A stretch of DNA of 20,459 bases, from assembly GCA_050293845.1 (NCBI GenBank), contig JBNKNM010000002.1, positions 82,144 through 102,602 of the forward strand, written 5' to 3'. Below are positions 14,136-20,459 of the stretch, piece by piece. Both the position numbers and the translations under genes were made by a program. Position 1 is the first letter of the stretch, and the number at the start of each line of letters is the position of its first letter. The notes beneath the pieces are model-generated. The model searched no databases. It had not been told where the DNA came from and saw only the letters and a program-made list of their open reading frames with translations. The DNA comes from Pseudobacteriovorax sp. Lineage in GTDB: Bacteria > Bdellovibrionota_B > Oligoflexia > Oligoflexales > Oligoflexaceae.

Positions 14136-16076
14136 ATGTATTGCAATTCATCAAAAATTCGGAAAATAGTTCTTGTGATCACGTGCCTGGTTTTATCCCT
14201 TCGTATCTATGCATTCCCCATTTCCGATACCCAGAAAAATATTCTTTCTCACGCATATATATTTGAAGATGCTAGTAACTCTCTTTTACCAAGTCAAATA
14301 ATGAGTGAACAATTTATACCAGAGTTCTCTCAGTTGGGAGAACATCAGCAGCTCAGTTATGGGTATTCAGATTCATCCTTTTGGATATATGTTGATATAG
14401 ATAATCCTACTGCGGGTACCGTTGAAAAATATGTGGGAACCCTACGACCAGATCCTCTGATATTTAACATGTACGAAAAACAAGGGCAGAAGATTGTGGA
14501 ACGGCGTGGCGGAACCTCAGTCCCTATCAGCGAGCGTCCTAGATATATGCGTATGCACTTTTTCAAGTTAATCCTCATGCCCCAGACTAAAAGACGTATT
14601 TTCTTTAAGATCAAAACGGGATTGGATATGACTCTTGATCTGTGGGTTTTTAACCATAATGAACTCTTAAAGCAGCAGAGTAGGTTGGATCTGACCCACT
14701 TTTTCTATTTTGGAACCATTTTTAGTTTAATTGTCTACACACTTTTCCTATTTCTTGCCCTAAAAAATATTTCCTTTTTACTCTATGGCTTATTTGGAAC
14801 CAGCATAGCTATGAGTGCATTTGTCTACTCAGGATTTTTGGAATACTTAGATATTAAGATACTAGGAATAGGATCAAATCAATATGCACGTAGTATTTTT
14901 GCAGCCACACCAATTCTTACCCTGACCTATTGTATATGTTTTTTGAAATTGAAATCATTTTCGAAGCTTTTATTTTATTTTTATTCGTCGCTGACTGTAC
15001 TTTGTACCGCTCTGTTTGTAGCAACTTTTATTGACAGTAGTGCATTTACAGGGAATTTGATTGTGGTAGCACAAACAGGTTCCATTCTATCATCTTTCAT
15101 AGCGGCTTGCTATGTCGTGATAAAAGGAAGGAGCCTTGCTGCAACATATTATGCAGCCGGTATGTTTATCTTTATTGTAGCGGTCATTGTTTGGACCATG
15201 GGGAATCAAGGCATCATTGAGAAAAATTATTTCATTGCCTTTATTCCTTTGTATGGTAGCGCTCTGGAGATGCTACTTTCAGCAATCGCGTTATCCTGGC
15301 AGTTTAAAGAGTATCAAGAGATTCAATTCAGTAAAGAAATGACAGAAGCCGAAGCTAATAGCTTAAGAACTCTGGTGCAGGTAGTTTGTCACGATATAGC
15401 TAATCCGTTAAGTATTATTACTATTGCAAAAAGGATGGCTTCCAAACATATAGCAGGGCACGAGAAACTAGAAAAAATATTTAATCGTGTGGATCGAGCT
15501 AGTAAATCTATTGAGGGAATCATTCGTCAAGTGAGGCGTATGCAAGCGATAAGAGCAGGAAAATTTCATATTAAATTAGAGGAAGTCGATCTAGAGAAAG
15601 TTTTTTCGGAGGTTCAGTTTAACTTTGAAGAGAAAGCGAAAATAAAAAATCTAACCTTGGATTTTCAAATTGAAAAGAATGGTGGTGAGAAATTTTCTGT
15701 ATTAGCGGAACCTACATCCTTGACCTATGATGTTCTATGTAACTTCGTATCCAATGCTATCAAGTTTTCCTTTGAAGATTCGGTCATCCAGGTACGAGCT
15801 TACTCCAGAGGGGGTAAGGCTTTTATCGAGGTCCAAGATCAAGGAGTGGGGGTTCCTCAGGACTTATTAGAAAATATTTTTTCTCAGAATAAATCAACTT
15901 CACGGCTAGGAACGAGAAATGAGGCGGGTACAGGTTTTGGAATGCCCTTAGCGAAGTATTTTATCGAGCTTTATGGAGGAACTGTGACTGTGGAAAGTCG
16001 CATCGCCAATGATCAGGCTAGTACCCATGGTACTAAAATTTCAACTATCCTAAATCACTATAAAAAGGTAGCTTAG
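14136..16076 (+). CDS. 7TM-DISM sensor histidine kinase
   Basis: Signal peptide, extracellular DISM domain (SYGYSDSSFW), seven TM helices, H-box CHDIANPL, N-box NFVSNAIKF, DQGVG and GTGFGM. Confidence 0.92.
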   Translation: MYCNSSKIRKIVLVITCLVLSLRIYAFPISDTQKNILSHAYIFEDASNSLLPSQIMSEQFIPEFSQLGEHQQLSYGYSDSSFWIYVDIDNPTAGTVEKYVGTLRPDPLIFNMYEKQGQKIVERRGGTSVPISERPRYMRMHFFKLILMPQTKRRIFFKIKTGLDMTLDLWVFNHNELLKQQSRLDLTHFFYFGTIFSLIVYTLFLFLALKNISFLLYGLFGTSIAMSAFVYSGFLEYLDIKILGIGSNQYARSIFAATPILTLTYCICFLKLKSFSKLLFYFYSSLTVLCTALFVATFIDSSAFTGNLIVVAQTGSILSSFIAACYVVIKGRSLAATYYAAGMFIFIVAVIVWTMGNQGIIEKNYFIAFIPLYGSALEMLLSAIALSWQFKEYQEIQFSKEMTEAEANSLRTLVQVVCHDIANPLSIITIAKRMASKHIAGHEKLEKIFNRVDRASKSIEGIIRQVRRMQAIRAGKFHIKLEEVDLEKVFSEVQFNFEEKAKIKNLTLDFQIEKNGGEKFSVLAEPTSLTYDVLCNFVSNAIKFSFEDSVIQVRAYSRGGKAFIEVQDQGVGVPQDLLENIFSQNKSTSRLGTRNEAGTGFGMPLAKYFIELYGGTVTVESRIANDQASTHGTKISTILNHYKKVA

Positions 16077-16124
16077 GGGATCAAATAGGTGGCAGATCCT
16101 TAACGCGGAACAGCGGATTTTTGC

Positions 16125-16154
16125 AAAAAAAAGTTCTGTCATAAGACAGAACTT
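16125..16154 (-). terminator. Rho-independent terminator-like hairpin between convergent operons
   Basis: AAGTTCTGTC-ATAA-GACAGAACTT perfect stem. On the minus strand the hairpin is followed by 8 T. Confidence 0.6.
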
Positions 16155-16457
16155 CCTATAAAGAGTTCAGAAACAGGGAAAGTAATCATTATGCTCACCT
16201 TCACCTATGGAAGCGTTGCTTCCGAAGACTAGGTATACCATTGAAAATCAATTGTTTCATAGAGCTGACTAGCCAGTTAATTAAATTTTGTAATGGCTTA
16301 CATATATGTCGGAACAGTGCAGATCAGGCTTTTATAAAAATTCCATAAATTGCTATATCCAATCAATTAATTAGGAATATAACGAGGATTTTTTGCTTCA
16401 GCGAATTGCCATCCAATGTGTCTGAATTCCTCAAAAAATTTTGACTATAATTAATCT

Positions 16458-17831
16458 CTAAGCCACGGGTCGTACTGATGGATTATTAAGATTCTGTTGA
16501 TTATTTGCAAAAATAGCTTCACCTACTATAAATGTATCAAGTATATAGGTAGGAGTTCCCTTACTATCAAAACCTCTTCCTATAAATATTTCAAGGCTGC
16601 AGGGTGTTTGTCGACTCCACCTAATGCTATCTACAGTTCCACTGTTACATACAATAACAATCTCACGAGAGCCCAGTTGGCAATGTAGAGCTGTCCAGGA
16701 TTGCCTTGCAAAGGATTCTTCGCTATTCCATTGATGAAAATCACTGTGACAAAATTGACTGTTATAGTTGATAACGTCTTCAAGAAGTAAGCAGGGAAGC
16801 AAAGTCTCCTGGTATTTATAATACGAACGCTGATTACTAATTTCAAAATGCTGTTGAAATTCTTCGTAATTAAGTTCTTGAATGGAAATCAGATGACTTT
16901 GGGGAATAGCGAACTGCATTCTATTTATTTCTGTCCTAAAGCATGAGATATATTGTGCACTATTGTAGCAGCGGAGCTTAACACTGGGAGGAGTGGAACA
17001 TGGTTGAATAATTATGTCGTTGGTCTTGCATAATTCTTTTAGGGAGGTGACAAGATCCTTGAGTTTATGACGTGACAGCCCCTTTCCATCATCACTGAAA
17101 GCGACTTCCACTAAATCATTATGTTTACTAGCAAGGATAGTAATTTCAGCCGACTCAGGCACTTTTTGGAAATTTCTTTGTGTTGTCGTCTCGATACTAA
17201 ATTGAAGTAGATTACTGACAACTTCTTTGATAGCAGGAAGCAGTTGCTCTAGAACTTTTACTTCGAGTTTAATCTCTCCACCTTCAATTTGAATCAGAAC
17301 TTTTTTGTCTTTAGATTGACTATTGTCTAAAATAAATTTTTGCAGGTCGAAGGTTATTTTTCTAAAAGGGCAAAATTTTTCCGATTTGATAAGCCGATTC
17401 AGTCTGCTAGTTATATGCTCGATCTGAGCTTTCATAGCCTTAGTTTTTTTTGTACTTTCGAAAAGGTTATCATTTAGGTAATTTCTCGTTAGGAAAAATT
17501 CATCAATGAGTAGTTCCAATTTTTCAAGAATTGACTTATTGATTTGATCAGAAGGAGCCTTGACCTCAATCAGATCGACAACAAAATACTCTGGTAACAG
17601 GATCTCTGAGATTGGCTCCATTCCATAGGTGCTATCAAAAATACAGTCTAGAACTGGATGGGTGATCACAACTCCATCAATGATTTCTTGACGACCGATA
17701 TTAAGCTTACAGTCGACAATATCACCTAAAGATAAAATGGCATCAATAACATCACTGGGGGGCCAATCTAGATTTTTTTCAAGCTGCTTGAGGTCGCAAT
17801 AAATTGAATATCGTCTTGTCGTATTAGGCAT
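16458..17831 (-). CDS. Degenerate CheA-like protein (dimerisation, eroded HATPase and CheW-like domains)
   Basis: IQIEGGEIKLEVKVLEQL...SNLLQFSIE...R...ITILAS...FSDDGKGL follows the CheA P3-P4 pattern, and QFAIP starts a P5-like domain. No HPt or G2 box is recognisable. Confidence 0.7.
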   Translation of the reverse strand: MPNTTRRYSIYCDLKQLEKNLDWPPSDVIDAILSLGDIVDCKLNIGRQEIIDGVVITHPVLDCIFDSTYGMEPISEILLPEYFVVDLIEVKAPSDQINKSILEKLELLIDEFFLTRNYLNDNLFESTKKTKAMKAQIEHITSRLNRLIKSEKFCPFRKITFDLQKFILDNSQSKDKKVLIQIEGGEIKLEVKVLEQLLPAIKEVVSNLLQFSIETTTQRNFQKVPESAEITILASKHNDLVEVAFSDDGKGLSRHKLKDLVTSLKELCKTNDIIIQPCSTPPSVKLRCYNSAQYISCFRTEINRMQFAIPQSHLISIQELNYEEFQQHFEISNQRSYYKYQETLLPCLLLEDVINYNSQFCHSDFHQWNSEESFARQSWTALHCQLGSREIVIVCNSGTVDSIRWSRQTPCSLEIFIGRGFDSKGTPTYILDTFIVGEAIFANNQQNLNNPSVRPVA

Positions 17832-18544
17832 TATATGGCCTCACCAGATGTTTTAAATTCTGCTTCGAGAAGTATTTTTGTGGACTTAGACTTTGTAATT
17901 ATGGAATAGCAAATATTCTTAGTTGAGAGGTAATGAATAAACGAACGTAACGTGACTAAATTGTCAGTACTTATTTTTTTGATAGCGTTCATCTCTAGTG
18001 TGATTTTTTGTATCGTATCGAGATTTTTCTGAGCATAGAGTTGCTGTCTTATTAAAGGGCTTAAACCATTATCGGAGAGGGAATCAGAAGAAAAATAAAA
18101 GGTTAGCTCCCCATTCTCTATAATGGCTTGTACCAATTCTTTGGCGAGTTCGACTCTGAAATTATCTTGGCCATTTTGATGATTAGACAGTAAGTTAAAG
18201 ATCTTTTGAGTTAACTCTTGAAAACGAAAAGGTTTTGTTATGAAGTCGAGGCATCCTAACTTGTAAATTTCAAAGATTTGCTGACGATTCGAATATCCGC
18301 TGACAACTAACACGGGAGTTGAAAGTTGTTTGGAACGAATCTTAGAAATCATGGTTACTCCATCCATATGGGGCATCATGATATCAGTTACAATGAGATT
18401 TGTTTCTTGAGAATCCAATGCTTCTAAAGCCTGAATGGGGTCTTGAAAGGTATGAATATCAAGTTTATCCCCCAAAGCTTCGACAAGCAACTCTAACTGA
18501 TCTTCTTCGTCATCAATGGCGAATACAACTGGTTTTTTTTGCAT
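17831..18544 (-). CDS. Response regulator (receiver domain plus possible STAS-like C-terminal domain)
   Basis: AIDDEED, VTDIMMPHMDG, VVSGY and FITKPF motifs. AGGAG RBS. One-base overlap with the downstream gene. Confidence 0.9.
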   Translation of the reverse strand: MQKKPVVFAIDDEEDQLELLVEALGDKLDIHTFQDPIQALEALDSQETNLIVTDIMMPHMDGVTMISKIRSKQLSTPVLVVSGYSNRQQIFEIYKLGCLDFITKPFRFQELTQKIFNLLSNHQNGQDNFRVELAKELVQAIIENGELTFYFSSDSLSDNGLSPLIRQQLYAQKNLDTIQKITLEMNAIKKISTDNLVTLRSFIHYLSTKNICYSIITKSKSTKILLEAEFKTSGEAI

Positions 18545-18677
18545 AAATTACCGTCTCCTAGTCGCATGATCGGTTAAAATGCGTGAAAGGATCAATACTT
18601 TTTGCAAGCAATTGGTTTCTGCTCTTTTTATGGACGTTCGACTATTATCGTAGGATTAAAACGCAGGAGGAAGTTTA

Positions 18678-20147
18678 GTGGTTAAAATTTTTCTGAGGGC
18701 ATGGTTGATTTCACTACTGTGGACGGTAATATTCTTTACTGAAATGTCCCTAGGTGCAATCACTATAAAGCGACTTCAGGGGGTAGTTGAAGTTCTTAAG
18801 GACCCTGATTTGGAACTTTCTTCAGATGTCAAAGTAGGAGACGATAGGTCGGATTACACGATTCAATTGTATGCCGGCGCATACTGGAAGAAATACCAGG
18901 TTGTTGAGGGAGATACAATATCTGGGAATGATATCTTGAGCACTGCAGTAAACTCTAAGGCTTTGGTCAGTTGGGGAGATAGCAATCTGGTTATCCTCGA
19001 TAACAATACAAAGCTGAGTTTTAGTAGAATTCTTGATGGCAATAATGAAACTCCTCAGAGTTCATCTACTCTCAACCTCGTGCAAGGTTCTATCCGTGTT
19101 TACTTTCAGGAAAAGACAGCGGCACCTCTGACTTTGCGAAGTCGCTCGTTACATCTGGTAACTGAGTATGCAGACTTCATGTTGCGACATTTGGAAAAAA
19201 AGAGCGAACTTATAGTATTTACGGGTAAGATTTTTGCAAGCCCCATAGAAAAAGAAGAGTGGCATGTATGGCGTGGCAATGGGGATGGAAATGCAAACCA
19301 TTTGCAAAGGACAGCTATGGGGAGCGGGGAAAAAATAGAGTATCGGGAGCCCATTAGTGAGAGTGAATTACTTGAGCTAAAGAAAAGTTTCACGCTCGAT
19401 GCGATAGACCAGATGGAACAGGAACGGAGGCTTTTTAACAAGGGTAAAGTGATCATTGCCGATTTAGTACGAGCCAGGAAGCTAAGTCATGGTATGGATT
19501 TACCTGATATTTCCTATCAACCATCTCAGATATTCCATGAAGGACCATCAAGTGCAGGTTCCCTTTTCTCCCCATGGGGTCATGACCCCTGGCTCTTATC
19601 CTTGCGTATGGGGGTAGCACGCTTTAGCTATGCAGTAGCGAAGCCACAAGGGGTAGGGAATATCGTGGGGCAAGGCCTAGGGCTTGCCATCCATACCAGG
19701 CCTTTGCCTTGGGCTTTTGCCTTTGCCGAAATGGTTCTGGGCTCATGGGAAATACGTGATTTTGACCATTTACTAGCCGAAGGTCAGGCTGCTGTTATAA
19801 ATCATGAATACTTTCATAATTCTTTAGGAGTAGGGGCCCGTTATGTATGGGGGGCATGGAATGGTGCATTGTCTCTGAGCTATATTACCGGTCGTACAGT
19901 GGTACTCAAATATCCCATGGTTCTTGACGAGAATTACTTATTCAAGTTGCGATTCGCAGCACAGTGGGCTCCTGAGCTTTCTGTCAGTTATAATATTGCT
20001 CAGAAGTGGGAGATATTTATGAACTATGGATACAGTCAGGCTGAGGTCGGTATAATTGGTCTTAATGAAGGAGGAGGGTCTCATATTGTGGTTACGAGTA
20101 GCTGGTATAAATTGGGATTTGCTTATCGCTTAGCGGAGAGCCAATGA
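18678..20147 (+). CDS. Exported FecR-domain protein with a C-terminal outer-membrane beta-barrel-like domain
   Basis: Signal peptide, FecR-like segment (GDTISGNDILST...LDNNTKL...LNLVQGSIR...VFTGKI), and amphipathic strands ending YKLGFAYRL. AGGAGG RBS. Confidence 0.7.
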   Translation: MVKIFLRAWLISLLWTVIFFTEMSLGAITIKRLQGVVEVLKDPDLELSSDVKVGDDRSDYTIQLYAGAYWKKYQVVEGDTISGNDILSTAVNSKALVSWGDSNLVILDNNTKLSFSRILDGNNETPQSSSTLNLVQGSIRVYFQEKTAAPLTLRSRSLHLVTEYADFMLRHLEKKSELIVFTGKIFASPIEKEEWHVWRGNGDGNANHLQRTAMGSGEKIEYREPISESELLELKKSFTLDAIDQMEQERRLFNKGKVIIADLVRARKLSHGMDLPDISYQPSQIFHEGPSSAGSLFSPWGHDPWLLSLRMGVARFSYAVAKPQGVGNIVGQGLGLAIHTRPLPWAFAFAEMVLGSWEIRDFDHLLAEGQAAVINHEYFHNSLGVGARYVWGAWNGALSLSYITGRTVVLKYPMVLDENYLFKLRFAAQWAPELSVSYNIAQKWEIFMNYGYSQAEVGIIGLNEGGGSHIVVTSSWYKLGFAYRLAESQ

Positions 20148-20256
20148 CAAGAGACAAAGGTGGTTATAGTCAAATAATAGCTTTAATCTAGTTTCTATGA
20201 GCACTAGTATTTTCAGTGCCTCTGATAAATGTGAGCAAATACAACCTAGTATTAAG

Positions 20257-20430
20257 CTATATACTCCCTTTAAATTGAGGGTCTACATCAATCAGAAGGT
20301 GGATATGATCCCGTTCACACTCCATTTCTTTAATTTTAAAGTTCAGCTCTTCTGAGACTTCCAAGAATATTTCTTTCAAGCGTTTTTCTATATCTCCACT
20401 TAGGTATTTTTTTCGATACTTTGTGACAAT
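20257..20430 (-). pseudogene. tnpA: Fragment of IS200/IS605 Y1 (HUH) transposase TnpA
   Basis: Manual translation gives IVTKYRKKYLSGDIEKRLKEIFLEVSEELNFKIKEMECERDHIHLLIDVDPQFKGSI*, with the TKYR motif and the HUH motif DHIHLL. There is an in-frame stop six codons upstream, no ATG/GTG/TTG ahead of the fragment, and no catalytic Tyr helix. Confidence 0.9.
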
Positions 20431-20459
20431 CCCTGTTAAAGATAGCTACGGGGCTGGGG

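Noticed and set aside
1..20459. CRISPR array, tRNA or rRNA genes
   Set aside because: No regularly spaced repeats, cloverleaf or rRNA-like sequence were seen on manual reading.

Overview
Bacterial chromosomal window, moderately AT-rich. The gene content (stand-alone HAMP protein, FecR-barrel fusion, 7TM-DISM kinase) suggests a Bdellovibrionota/Oligoflexia-like or other delta-proteobacterial host, by inference only. From left to right it holds: a 5'-truncated GH2 glycosidase whose C-terminus is disrupted by a 154-bp internal duplication; a 421-bp non-autonomous IS200/IS605 element; an acyl-CoA ligase plus FAD oxidoreductase pair; HAMP and J-domain proteins; sufS, a Rieske protein, DUF983 and a crotonase; zinc-independent L31; divergently oriented motA and motB followed by a small lipoprotein; an NAD(P)-binding protein; a sensor kinase; a response regulator with a degenerate CheA-like protein; a FecR-barrel protein; and an unannotated IS200/IS605 tnpA fragment at the right edge. 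The most notable item is the mini-element at 2725-3145. Both TnpA-recognised ends are present and obey the guide/cleavage pairing rule. It keeps a TnpB omegaRNA-like scaffold but has no transposase or nuclease gene, and it supplies the stop codon of the host gene it inserted into. Other points of interest are the head-to-head stator genes with discordant ion-specificity signatures and a family of roughly 100-120-bp palindromic intergenic repeats.
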